DNA of 32,850 nucleotides, from sequence record SRR31156797_5041, one strand, 5' to 3'. Both the position numbers and the translations under genes were made by a program. Shown here in pieces: positions 10,046-19,491 of this stretch (positions are counted from its first letter, which is position 1; the number at the start of each line of letters is the position of its first letter). The notes under the pieces are model-generated. The model was not told the origin of the DNA and ran no database searches. It was given only the letters and a program-made list of their open reading frames with translations.

Positions 10046-10663
10046 CTATTCTCCGCTCAGGTAAGGTTCTAGTTCACCGACAGCTTCAAACAGAAAGTGG
10101 TCGATAAGATGGCAGAACAGGTGTCCTACGGCGATATGGACTTCCTGAATGATGGCGGTATCCTTGCTGGGAATACTGATGATGTGGTCGCAGATAGGCA
10201 ACATTTCGCCTGCGCTGATGCCGGTCATTCCTACGGTAACCATGCCTTTGCGTTTTGCTTCCTTAAGGGCGCTGATCACGTTAGGGCTGCTGCCGGAAGT
10301 GCTGATGCCGATGAGGACATCGCCGGGTTGTCCCAGTGCCTGAACCTGTTTTTCGAAAACCATTTCGTATGAATAGTCATTACCGATGGCGGTAAGAATT
10401 GAAGAATCGGTGGTCAGGGCAATACCGGGCAGGGGCGGGCGTTCCAGCTTGAATCTGTTAACCAGTTCCGCCGCCAGATGCTGGCAGTCTGCCGCACTTC
10501 CGCCGTTTCCGCAAAAGAGAATCTTAGAGCCGAGGGCAAGGCGAACGGCCAATGCTTTGGAAACATCAACCACCAGCTGGGAGTATTGCTCAAAAAAAGA
10601 TTCCCGGACTTCAAGTCCGGCACGGGCATGTTCAACTACTTTCTGCAGTGCTGTCTGGGACAT
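10046..10663 (-). CDS. gmhA: D-sedoheptulose 7-phosphate isomerase
   Basis: CGNGGSAADCQH, TAIGNDY, ISTSGSS and IQEVH motifs. Confidence 0.93.
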   Translation of the reverse strand: MSQTALQKVVEHARAGLEVRESFFEQYSQLVVDVSKALAVRLALGSKILFCGNGGSAADCQHLAAELVNRFKLERPPLPGIALTTDSSILTAIGNDYSYEMVFEKQVQALGQPGDVLIGISTSGSSPNVISALKEAKRKGMVTVGMTGISAGEMLPICDHIISIPSKDTAIIQEVHIAVGHLFCHLIDHFLFEAVGELEPYLSGE

Positions 10664-10823
10664 TCATTTTCCTTCTGTTTGCAATTCATTATAAGCAAGT
10701 GGAGAAATCCGTTTATAGGAAATCATTAGCGGTGGCAACATTCTTGCCGTTCTTGATAAATTGCAGAATGCTCACTATAACATGTTTTTTTTATTCTGCA
10801 TTCAAAAATGAAGGAGCTCGCCA

Positions 10824-11945
10824 TTGAGAAAAATAATATTTATTTTCATGTTTCTTTTCATAATTTTTAGCGGATGTTCCTTGAAAAACAGCACTTCCGT
10901 CCCTTCTGAACTGGATATCATGATTGGTCAGATGGTCATGGTTGGATTCCGAGGGCTGGAGTTGAGTGCAGATAATCCGGTAGTGGGTGATATCAGCGAC
11001 GCCCGTATCGGGGGAGTGATTCTTTTCAGCAAGGACTGCGCTCTTAACAGCACTGTTCGTAATATTGCCGATCCTACTCAATTGACAAAGCTTACTTCCG
11101 ATCTGCAGAGTCATGCTGAGATTCCGTTGTTCATCTCCATCGATCAGGAAGGGGGTATAATTAAAAGGCTGACCGGTGAAATGGGTTTTCCTGAAACTCC
11201 ATCCGCAGCAGAACTGGGCAACAGCGGTGATACTCAGGCGGCATTCAGGGCCGGACAAACTATCGGAAAGACCTTAAATACAGCCGGAATCAACATGAAC
11301 TTTGCTCCGGTCGTGGATGTGAACCGTAATGCTGCAAACCCGGTAATTGCGGCCTTGCAACGCAGTTTCTCAGATGATCCCCGCATCGTGGCCCGGTTTG
11401 CAGAATCGTATATCAATGGTCTGCATTCAGAAGGTATTATTTCTTGTTTGAAACATTTTCCGGGGCATGGCAGTTCCCGTGGCGATTCCCATCTTGGCTT
11501 TACCGATGTGACTGATTCTTGGGACTCCAGTGAACTTTATCCATTCCAGAAAATAATCAGTGAGAACAAGGCGGATATGGTCATGACCGCGCATATTTTC
11601 AACTCCCGCTGGGATCGCGAATACCCGGCAACTCTTTCACGTAATGTTATTCACGGCCTGCTCCGCCGTAAACTGGGGTTTGAGGGCGTAATCGTCACCG
11701 ACGATATGCAGATGAAAGCAGTTAGCGGGGAGTACGGCTTCAAGGAAGGTATATACAGGGCGGTTAAAGCCGGGGTCGATATTCTGCTTTTCGGCAATAA
11801 TCTGACTTATGAGTCCGGACTGGGAACAAAGGCAGTTTCAACTCTCAAGCAGCTTGTTCGTGAAGGGAAGATTACTGAACGCAGGATCAGGCAGTCTTAT
11901 GAGAGAGTTATGCATATCAAGCGGGAGATGAGGGTTAAAAATTAA
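10824..11945 (+). CDS. nagZ: GH3 glycoside hydrolase lipoprotein (beta-N-acetylhexosaminidase-like)
   Basis: TTG start after AAGGAG, lipobox FSGC, IDQEGG, NFAPVVD, KHFPGHG....DSH and TDDMQM. Confidence 0.82.
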   Translation: MRKIIFIFMFLFIIFSGCSLKNSTSVPSELDIMIGQMVMVGFRGLELSADNPVVGDISDARIGGVILFSKDCALNSTVRNIADPTQLTKLTSDLQSHAEIPLFISIDQEGGIIKRLTGEMGFPETPSAAELGNSGDTQAAFRAGQTIGKTLNTAGINMNFAPVVDVNRNAANPVIAALQRSFSDDPRIVARFAESYINGLHSEGIISCLKHFPGHGSSRGDSHLGFTDVTDSWDSSELYPFQKIISENKADMVMTAHIFNSRWDREYPATLSRNVIHGLLRRKLGFEGVIVTDDMQMKAVSGEYGFKEGIYRAVKAGVDILLFGNNLTYESGLGTKAVSTLKQLVREGKITERRIRQSYERVMHIKREMRVKN

Positions 11946-11984
11946 AGGTTGATTTAATTTTCGGCAGTGTTGAAGTCTAAAATT

Positions 11985-12025
11985 AAAAAGCCCTGAAAAT
12001 CCAAGACGGATTTTCAGGGCTTTTT
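11985..12025. terminator. Bidirectional intrinsic terminator
   Basis: AAAAAGCCCTGAAAATCC/GGATTTTCAGGGCTTTTT between convergent genes. Confidence 0.85.
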
Positions 12026-14562
12026 CAATTCTGGGCGATTGGAAGTTGTATTGTGAATGTCGTTCCTTTGCCGGGGGAGGAGTCCACCTGAAATATTCCA
12101 TGATGGTTCTGAGTAATGATGAAGTATGAGACAGAAAGCCCCAGCCCGGTGCCTGTTCCCGGTGCTTTGGTCGTATAGAAGGGCTCGAAAACCCTTTTGC
12201 GGGTAGTTTCGTCCATTCCCGGACCGTTGTCCGAGATTATGCATTTGACCATATCCCTTTCATTGTGGATTTTAATCGAAATTGTTGGTGAATCGCTCAT
12301 CTCCGGCCAGCCGTTCATTGCCTGTGCTGAATTGCGCAGCAGGTTCAGGAAGACCTGTTCGATTTCAGTGGTGGTGCAGGGGACCATTTCTAGGGGGTCA
12401 TCATAATCCTTGAACATGGTGATTTTTTTGAAATCGTATTCCTTTACAGGGTCGTAATCCTGCGCGGCAAGAGTGGATGCTTTGTCCATGATTTTGCGCA
12501 GGTCGCCCGGTGCCTTGCGGGAATCGCTTTTACGGCTGAATTCAAGCATACCGGAAACAATGGAGGCCGCGCGTACCCCAGAGTCAGTTATTCCGTTCAG
12601 GGTTTTTATTATTTTGCGGTCTTCCATGTAATTAATGATTGAATCAATTGAACAGCCAGCTTTTTCTGCCGCCTTGAGGTTGGCCGGGAGGTCGGGAGAC
12701 ACCCTGCGGACAATATTTTGAATGCCTTGCAGGATTCCACCAAGCGGGTTGTTGATTTCATGGGCCATTCCGGCGGCAAGCCCGCCGATGGACATCATTT
12801 TTTCAGTCTGGATTATCATTTCGTCTATCTGGACCCGTTCGGTGGCGTCATCAATTCTGATAACCGCTCCTCTCATGCCGTCGTTGAGCGGATAGATGAG
12901 GATGTCCTGATGGCTATTGGGATTTGTCATTCCCTGAGTGCGGATTCCCGTTTCCGGAATCCCTGTTTCTATGGCTTGCGCGATGCTGTACGCGTATTTG
13001 TCCAGAGGAGGAAAAGCCTCTTCCACTTCAACTCCCTCAATTTCTTCTTTGGGAATAACAGCCATCCGCTGGGCCGCAGTGTTGAAATGGGTGATTCTTG
13101 TCTGGTTGTCCACCCCGATGATCACCGAAGGCATGGAATCAATTATGTTACGGATGTAATTTTTTGTGTTTTGGAGCTCTGTTTCTATCTTTTTGCGCTT
13201 AGTGATGTCGGTCCCTACGCAGAGTATTTCAGTCAGTTCTCCCTTGGAATTGAGAATAGGACTGTTGGTCCAGTATACCCAGACCTTGCTGCCGTCTTTG
13301 CGTGTATTCAGATTCGTGTTGACCGGAAATTCTTCGGGATTGTCAGTTAACTCATGGATCATCTGTTCGAGTTCCGACTCACCTTTTTCCGTTTTGGGGA
13401 TCAGTGTTCCAATAACACTCTTGCCGATAATTTCCTTTTCGGAAAAGCCAAAAAAAAGTTGGGCATATTCATTAAAAAAAGTGCACATGCCATTGAGGTC
13501 AATTCTTAAAATGATACTGCGGGCAGTATGTACAAGGTCATGGTATTCTTTGCGTGAGCGGGTCAGCTGCTGGGAATGTGAAGCAACTTCATCAAGTAGT
13601 CTGAGTATCTTGCCGGAGAAAAATGCTGTGGCACCAATGTAGTTTCTATTTTCAACAAAAGACATCTTCTGTGCTTCAGTAGCCCAGTCCACCTCACGGA
13701 TACGTTTTGCCGTAGATTCAATGGTCGCCAGATGTTGAAGTTTCTTTTCGGGTTCGTCTACTACCCTCTTCAGCAGGTTGTTAATCCTGATAAAATCCTG
13801 TTCGTTCTTATCAAGGTCCCAAGTCAGAAAGGCGGACCTTTTGACCAGTATCCCTAAGCATATAGCGGTAAAGGTAATCAGCAGCAAACCTGCGTAAAAT
13901 TCTGTGGAAATATCTTTGGCAACAGTTACTGATAGCCCTCCAAAGTTTGAAACTTCGGCTTTCGCAGTTAAGAAGATGTGATAATTAGAAAAAAACAGGG
14001 TTCCTACTCGGTAGGCATTGGGGAAATAGCAGTTTTCTGAGTGATACAGGTTATTTCCATTTCTATCGTTGATATATAATTCAGTATTGTTAGGCGAAAC
14101 AGGGAGGAGACTTTCAGAGGGGACTTTGGCAATGGCAAAACTGTGGTCCAGCCGTTGGATGAGGTAAATGTCATCGTACTCGGATGTATTGTCTGCACGC
14201 TGCCTCATGAGAAGAGCCTGCCCCGGATGGAAATCTTTTACTTTTTGAAAAATAGGGGATTCCGCGATTGATTTGATTTCAATCGGAAAAGGACGCGTGT
14301 TCACCACTTCGCCTGTGGGAGTTACTCTTAATATGGATAGACCATGATCGAAAGTTGCTCGTGAGGTAACTACAGTTTCCAAGAACGAGATTCTTTCTAC
14401 CAGATAATTAGCCCACGTTGAGGCCTTGCCATCTACATCTTTAGATACGGACCAAGAGAAAAGGATTGTTGAGCAGAGAGAGCTTGCAATGAATATGGTC
14501 AGGAAAAGGCAGAGATAATTTCTTATTCGGCTGTTAAGCCTGTGAATGCTTCGTATTTTCAT
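12025..14562 (-). CDS. Membrane PAS-domain sensor histidine kinase (NtrB-like)
   Basis: Two TM segments and two PAS domains. H-box AGMAHEINNPL, N-box QVFLNLLRNS, DNGPGM, FEPFYTTK and GTGLGL. Confidence 0.92.
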   Translation of the reverse strand: MKIRSIHRLNSRIRNYLCLFLTIFIASSLCSTILFSWSVSKDVDGKASTWANYLVERISFLETVVTSRATFDHGLSILRVTPTGEVVNTRPFPIEIKSIAESPIFQKVKDFHPGQALLMRQRADNTSEYDDIYLIQRLDHSFAIAKVPSESLLPVSPNNTELYINDRNGNNLYHSENCYFPNAYRVGTLFFSNYHIFLTAKAEVSNFGGLSVTVAKDISTEFYAGLLLITFTAICLGILVKRSAFLTWDLDKNEQDFIRINNLLKRVVDEPEKKLQHLATIESTAKRIREVDWATEAQKMSFVENRNYIGATAFFSGKILRLLDEVASHSQQLTRSRKEYHDLVHTARSIILRIDLNGMCTFFNEYAQLFFGFSEKEIIGKSVIGTLIPKTEKGESELEQMIHELTDNPEEFPVNTNLNTRKDGSKVWVYWTNSPILNSKGELTEILCVGTDITKRKKIETELQNTKNYIRNIIDSMPSVIIGVDNQTRITHFNTAAQRMAVIPKEEIEGVEVEEAFPPLDKYAYSIAQAIETGIPETGIRTQGMTNPNSHQDILIYPLNDGMRGAVIRIDDATERVQIDEMIIQTEKMMSIGGLAAGMAHEINNPLGGILQGIQNIVRRVSPDLPANLKAAEKAGCSIDSIINYMEDRKIIKTLNGITDSGVRAASIVSGMLEFSRKSDSRKAPGDLRKIMDKASTLAAQDYDPVKEYDFKKITMFKDYDDPLEMVPCTTTEIEQVFLNLLRNSAQAMNGWPEMSDSPTISIKIHNERDMVKCIISDNGPGMDETTRKRVFEPFYTTKAPGTGTGLGLSVSYFIITQNHHGIFQVDSSPGKGTTFTIQLPIAQN

Positions 14563-14833
14563 GAAAGATATGATTTGTCCCAGACATGTCTTTTTTTGGC
14601 GTTTTTGCTGAACTTCTTTTTTGGGTCATATATTTGAAATATGATCCTGTAAACATTTTCTACCCTACAAAAGTTGGGAAAGATTTTCCCCTTGGCATAA
14701 GGCAGAACTTTCCTCCTTCTCTTTGCCTCTGAGCGTTTCTTATTTTCTATTAAGAAATATTTGTTTTTAAAAAGCCAGTCTAAACAACCTCTTGTGCATT
14801 CTTCTTGTAAATAAATAAACGACAGTAAAAGTC

Positions 14834-14849
14834 AGGCACACCCATTGCA
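14834..14849 (+). promoter_or_regulatory. sigma54 (-24/-12) promoter of the flagellin transcript
   Basis: AGGCAC-ACCCA-TTGCA matches TGGCAC-N5-TTGC with exact GG-N10-GC spacing. Confidence 0.7.
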
Positions 14850-14859
14850 AACTTAACTG

Positions 14860-15323
14860 CAGAGTAATCCTGTACTCAATTAACAAGGGGGTGTGGCCGG
14901 AAAATACAGACCGATAATTCCATGAGCATATGAAGGCATTTGGCCAAGTTGATTCTCGGAGGTTGGTAATGTGCGGATTTCTTTCGCATAGAGAATATTT
15001 CCCATAACGGGACATGTGAGAATCGCCGTCGTATGGCCGTGCCTGTCAGAGTCGCGGACTCAGCTAGGAGTCCCGCGTCTTAACCAAAGATTAAGCGGAT
15101 ACCTGCGTGAGTCCATATGCAGGTAATGCCCGAAGATGCTCAAAATGAAGTGTCGGTGGTTATCCGGGCTACAAGGCCGTAGGTCGTAAGTCGAACTGTT
15201 CCGGAGGGTGTTTTATGCAGTAAAAATCAAGCGGATTTTTGTACTGAATAATTAAACCAGTAAAAGGTCGGAGTGGACGGAACCACTCAGGCGAATTTTT
15301 AGATAATTCAAGGAGGAATTATT
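14860..15323 (+). ncRNA. Putative long structured 5' leader of the flagellin mRNA
   Basis: No plus-strand ORF, and a dense series of hairpins and long-range stems found by eye (see findings). The 5' end is inferred from the sigma54 site. Confidence 0.55.
15271..15322 (+). promoter_or_regulatory. Two CsrA-type binding hairpins, the second containing the SD
   Basis: GAGTGG-ACGGAA-CCACTC (15271-15288) and ATAATTC-AAGGAG-GAATTAT (15303-15322). Both are perfect stems with ANGGAN hexaloops. Confidence 0.75.
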
Positions 15324-16199
15324 ATGTCGCTCGTAATTAATCACAACTTAATGGCAATGAACGCAAGCCGTAACTTGCAGGAATCATATGGTAACCTCGG
15401 TGTATCAACCCGTCGCCTGTCTTCTGGTCTTCGTGTTGGAACAGCAGCTGATGATGCCGCAGGTCTGGCAATTCGTGAACTCATGCGTGCAGATGTTAAA
15501 TCTCTGAACCAGGGTATCCGTAATGCAAACGACGCCATTTCCATGATCCAGACTGCGGATGGAGCACTCGGTGTTATCGATGAAAAGCTTATTCGTATGA
15601 AGGAACTTGCAACTCAGGCCGCAACCGGTACTTATAACTCTGACCAGCGTATGATCATCGACTCTGAATATCAGGCAATGGCTTCAGAAATTACCCGTAT
15701 CGCCAATGCGACCGACTTCAACGGAATCCACCTGCTTAACGGTAATGTGTCTGGTGCGCACAGCGGAGCTGGCAAAACATCTACTGGTAAGGTTAAGGTT
15801 CACTTCGGTACCGGTAACGATTCCGCAGAGGACTATTACTACATCGCAATCGGAACCTCCACAGCTTCCGCTCTTGGTGTCGGTCTTGCCGCCGGTAACT
15901 CCATCTCTACTCAGGCGCTTGCACAGCAGTCTCTTGATAAGTTGCAGAATGCAATCATCTCTAAGGATAAGATTCGCGCAAACCTCGGTGCTCTCCAGAA
16001 CAGACTGGAAAACACCATTACCAACCTCTCAATCCAGGCTGAAAACGTTCAGGCTTCGGAATCACGTATCTCCGACGTTGACGTAGCGACTGAAATGACC
16101 GAGTTCACTAGGAACCAGATCCTCACTCAGTCCGCAGTAGCCATGCTTTCCCAGGCAAACGGTATGCCCAGGATGGCTATGCAGCTCATCGGTGGCTAA
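15324..16199 (+). CDS. fliC: Flagellin (short, 291 aa)
   Basis: N-terminal INHN..A, RLSSGLR...AADDAAGLAI and NANDAISMIQTADGAL. C-terminal LGALQNRL, ASESRISDVD.A.EM and QIL.Q....ML.QAN. Confidence 0.95.
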   Translation: MSLVINHNLMAMNASRNLQESYGNLGVSTRRLSSGLRVGTAADDAAGLAIRELMRADVKSLNQGIRNANDAISMIQTADGALGVIDEKLIRMKELATQAATGTYNSDQRMIIDSEYQAMASEITRIANATDFNGIHLLNGNVSGAHSGAGKTSTGKVKVHFGTGNDSAEDYYYIAIGTSTASALGVGLAAGNSISTQALAQQSLDKLQNAIISKDKIRANLGALQNRLENTITNLSIQAENVQASESRISDVDVATEMTEFTRNQILTQSAVAMLSQANGMPRMAMQLIGG

Positions 16200-16225
16200 T
16201 AGCACAGATGAGTTCCATACACTCA

Positions 16226-16260
16226 GAAAGGGAGGTCCGACCGATCGGGCCTCCCTTTTC
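16226..16260 (+). terminator. Intrinsic terminator of flagellin
   Basis: GAAAGGGAGGTCCGA/TCGGGCCTCCCTTTTC stem followed by a T-rich tail. Confidence 0.85.
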
Positions 16261-16587
16261 GCTTTTACTTAATTGTGAATAATGTGCTGCAGTATCTGCT
16301 TCGTTTTGATTAAAGTTTCTTTTTTTATCTTTTTTGCGAACTATGTCGTTGGAGCGCTTGTTCTTGGGTCCTATCTTTACTTTTTTGCAATAACGTCGTA
16401 TATCTGCGGCCTGAATCCAGAAATGCAGATACATTCCTGCCTTTTGTCCAGCCCGCGGACGGAAGCCATCCGGTTCCTCTTTTCAGTTTACGCAATAACT
16501 CGAAAAAATCCGTCCAGCCCTGCCTAGCACAATCCATTGCACAGCCGTAAGGAGCCGGAGCTGTGCTCATGATTTAAGGAGATCATT

Positions 16588-17733
16588 TTGTCTACAAAAA
16601 CAGTATATTTCATTGAAGGTGATGGTATCGGCCCTGAAGTCTGGGGTGCCGCCCGCCCGGTTATTGATGCCGCCCTTGAAAAAGCCTATGACGGTGAGAA
16701 AAAGATTGAATGGACCGAACTTCTTGCCGGGGAAAAGGCCTACGCTGAAACCGGAGAGTACCTGCCACAGGATACTCTCGATACTCTTGCCAAAGCCGAA
16801 TTGGCTATCAAAGGTCCTTTGCAGACTCCGGTTGGTAAAGGAATCCGCTCGCTTAACGTTACTCTGAGACAGGTGTTTGATCTCTATGCCTGTATTCGTC
16901 CTATCCGTTATTTTGAAGGAATTGAGTCCCCGGTAAAGCGTCCGGATCTGGTAGATATCGTTGTCTTCCGTGAAAATACCGAGGATGTCTATGCCGGAAT
17001 CGAGTGGAGTTCCGCTTCTCCCGAAGCGAAAAGGGTAATTGATTTTCTGGTGGATGAAATGGGTGCAAAGATCGATCCCTCTGCTGGTGTCGGCATCAAG
17101 CCCATTACTCCCGCAGGATCCAAGCGTCTCGTGCGTAGAGCTATTGATTACGCTATTGCCCAGAGTCGTGAATCCGTGACTCTGGTTCATAAGGGAAATA
17201 TCATGAAGTTCACCGAAGGCGGTTTTCGTCAGTGGGGTTATGATCTTGCTGAAGAAGAATATGCCGGAAAAGTGGTTAAAGAAGGTGAAGATGCAGCAGG
17301 CAAGGTCGTCATCAATGACCGCATTGCTGATGCAATGTTTCAGGAACTGCTCATGCGTCCAGAACAATACAGCGTAGTCGCCACTACCAACCTCAACGGT
17401 GACTATCTTTCCGATGCACTTGCCGCACAGGTTGGCGGTCTCGGCCTTGCGCCGGGTGTAAACATGGGTGACAAGCTTGCTATTTATGAAGCTACCCATG
17501 GAACCGCTCCGACCATCGCCGGTAAGGACCTTGCGAACCCGGGAAGTATTTTGCTTTCCGGAGCCATGCTGCTGGAAAACAACGGCATGGGCGAAGCTGC
17601 TGTTCTGATCAAGAACGCAGTTGAAAAGGCTTTGGCTGCCAAGAAAGTCACTGTGGATCTGGCAAGTCAGATTAGCGGTGCCGAACAGGTCGGCTGTAAA
17701 GCTTTCGGTGAGATTATTCTTACCAATCTGTAG
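16588..17733 (+). CDS. icd: NADP-dependent isocitrate dehydrogenase
   Basis: EGDGIGPE, KGPLQTP, IRSLNVTLRQ, RENTED, VHKGNIMKFTEG, NLNGDYLSD and EATHGTAP. TTG start after AAGGAGA. Confidence 0.95.
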   Translation: MSTKTVYFIEGDGIGPEVWGAARPVIDAALEKAYDGEKKIEWTELLAGEKAYAETGEYLPQDTLDTLAKAELAIKGPLQTPVGKGIRSLNVTLRQVFDLYACIRPIRYFEGIESPVKRPDLVDIVVFRENTEDVYAGIEWSSASPEAKRVIDFLVDEMGAKIDPSAGVGIKPITPAGSKRLVRRAIDYAIAQSRESVTLVHKGNIMKFTEGGFRQWGYDLAEEEYAGKVVKEGEDAAGKVVINDRIADAMFQELLMRPEQYSVVATTNLNGDYLSDALAAQVGGLGLAPGVNMGDKLAIYEATHGTAPTIAGKDLANPGSILLSGAMLLENNGMGEAAVLIKNAVEKALAAKKVTVDLASQISGAEQVGCKAFGEIILTNL

Positions 17734-17778
17734 TAAGTAGCTGAAAGGACTTACCGGTTAACTGAGACTGAAAGTATT

Positions 17779-17816
17779 AAGCCCTCCCCATGCGTATGCG
17801 CGGGGAGGGCTTTTTT
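17779..17816 (+). terminator. Intrinsic terminator of icd
   Basis: AAGCCCTCCCC/GGGGAGGGCTTTTTT. Confidence 0.85.
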
Positions 17817-17841
17817 ATTGTAAATTTATGGTTCGATAAAT

Positions 17842-18177
17842 TTATTCCACTTTGAATTTAATGCCCCTTGGTGATTGCTTAAGCTCAATGTGGCTGTCCG
17901 GGTTATTGATTTCAGTAGAAGTTATCTCGAGCATTTTAAGGTCGTAGACATCCGGGATGGTGCGTACGATAAGTTGCATTTTGTTAAAACCTTTGAGCAA
18001 CTGCTTCTTTTGGCCGGGTACAAGCCGGAACTGGGCAACGCTGACATTACTTTCCGCAATTGTAACAGATCCTGCCACAGGATATTTACATTTATTCTGT
18101 ATGGTCAGAGCTTGGGCGTCAGTACAAGCCGCAAGGGCAGTGAGTATAAGTATTAAGGCGGTGAACAGTTTCTTCAT
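17842..18177 (-). CDS. Small exported hypothetical protein
   Basis: MKK plus a hydrophobic signal peptide (AQA cleavage site, or possible lipobox LAAC), followed by a beta-rich mature part. Confidence 0.7.
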   Translation of the reverse strand: MKKLFTALILILTALAACTDAQALTIQNKCKYPVAGSVTIAESNVSVAQFRLVPGQKKQLLKGFNKMQLIVRTIPDVYDLKMLEITSTEINNPDSHIELKQSPRGIKFKVE

Positions 18178-18326
18178 GGTTTCCGGTAAGGTTTTATGAG
18201 TTCTTGAGTTCGTCCCGTCGAGTATGTCGCGCTATTGCCGGGAAGGTATATTATAAATTCATGGGTGTGTAGTTTTTCTGATTATTCATACTTTTGGATG
18301 AGCAGGTGAGTATATACTTCTGTTAT

Positions 18327-18341
18327 TGAGATACGATCTCA
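18327..18341. promoter_or_regulatory. Palindromic operator candidate upstream of the RND operon
   Basis: Perfect TGAGAT-ACG-ATCTCA palindrome immediately before TTGACT. Confidence 0.45.
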
Positions 18342-18414
18342 GTTGACTATACTCGGATCTCACGTAGAGTGTGCCCGTCGGAAATAAAGTTATAATTCAT
18401 ATCGGAGCAAATCT

Positions 18415-19470
18415 ATGCAACGGATAATATTTTTTTTAATTTTCATGCTTTCCTTCAGCCCAGTTTTCGCTGCTGAGAAAAAGACTCCTCAGATGCCGCC
18501 TGCCCATGTGGCGACCTCCAAGTCATTTGCCGGACAGGTTGCACCTGAATCATCATATATCGGTACTGTATATTTTTCCGAAACTTCCGATGTTGCATCT
18601 GAAGTCAGCGGTAAAATTGTCAAGGTAGAAGTGGAAGAGGGGGATATTGTCAGGAAAGGCGAGGTGTTGATCAGGCTGAGTTCCGATCTGCTCAATACTG
18701 AAATTCGTGCGGCTAAAGCAGCCTATGCCGAATCCAAGGCTAACTACGATCTTGCTAAGCGCGATGATCAGCGTATTACCAAGCTCTTCAAGAGCGGCTC
18801 TGTTCACGAGGGTGAATACGATTCTAAGCGGTTTAAAGCTATTGCTATGGAAAGTGAACTTGCTTCCTCGCAGGCAAAGCTTCGCCGCCTTCAGATTCAG
18901 CTTTCCAAAAAAACAATCCGTGCTCCTTTTGACGGTATTGTACTCAAACGCTCCGTTTACCTCGGTGAATGGCTCTCAGTCGGTGCTGATGTGGTCAAAC
19001 TGGGTATGAACACCAGCTACGATGTCGTGGTCAACGTTCCGCAGGATGTTGCGCAGGTGGTCAAGCCCGGTCTTGAAGTTGGCATTACTGCCGGTGGCAC
19101 GGACTATAAAGGTAAGGTTTTCGCAGTGATCCCCCGTGGTGATATTGCCAGCCGTACTTTTCCGGTAAAAATCAGGATCAATAGCAAAAACGGGTTCAAG
19201 CAGGGTATGGAAGCCCGTGTATCACTGCCTAACGGACTTGCCAGTGAGACAGTTGTTGTACCCCGTGATGCGGTCATTACTCTGCGAGGAACCACCATGG
19301 TCATCGCGGCTATCGATGGTAAAGCTCAGCCTTTTCCGGTGCAGGTGATTGGTTTTAAGGGCATGAATGCCGGAGTCCGCGGTAAAGGGCTGAAGGCTGG
19401 AATGGATATAGTTACCAAGGGAAATGAAAGGCTCAGGCCTGGACAGTCTGTTGTCATAGATAATATATAG
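18415..19470 (+). CDS. RND efflux periplasmic adaptor (membrane fusion protein)
   Basis: Signal peptide, VASEVSG.I......EGD.V.KG lipoyl half-motif, coiled coil, IRAPFDG and SRTFPVK. Confidence 0.9.
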   Translation: MQRIIFFLIFMLSFSPVFAAEKKTPQMPPAHVATSKSFAGQVAPESSYIGTVYFSETSDVASEVSGKIVKVEVEEGDIVRKGEVLIRLSSDLLNTEIRAAKAAYAESKANYDLAKRDDQRITKLFKSGSVHEGEYDSKRFKAIAMESELASSQAKLRRLQIQLSKKTIRAPFDGIVLKRSVYLGEWLSVGADVVKLGMNTSYDVVVNVPQDVAQVVKPGLEVGITAGGTDYKGKVFAVIPRGDIASRTFPVKIRINSKNGFKQGMEARVSLPNGLASETVVVPRDAVITLRGTTMVIAAIDGKAQPFPVQVIGFKGMNAGVRGKGLKAGMDIVTKGNERLRPGQSVVIDNI

Positions 19471-19491
19471 CCGGATGAGCCGGAGTAACTT

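Noticed and set aside
14767-15015. 82-aa minus-strand ORF upstream of flagellin
   Set aside because: It has no clear RBS or motifs and overlaps the sigma54 promoter and structured leader.
14886-15270. tmRNA, RNase P RNA or c-di-GMP riboswitch in the flagellin leader (GGGGGTG start)
   Set aside because: There is no TTCGAC after the G-run, no T-arm/CCA 3' end, no GAGGAAAGTCC, and no recognisable GEMM consensus.
16282-16527. 81-aa hydrophobic ORF between flagellin and icd
   Set aside because: It has no SD, and its hydrophobicity reflects T-rich intergenic DNA.
16525-16541. sigma54-like TAGCAC...TTGCA upstream of icd
   Set aside because: It lacks the invariant GG and the spacing is one base too long.
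16567-17499. 310-aa antisense ORF
   Set aside because: It lies almost entirely opposite icd and has no motifs, so it is a typical shadow ORF.
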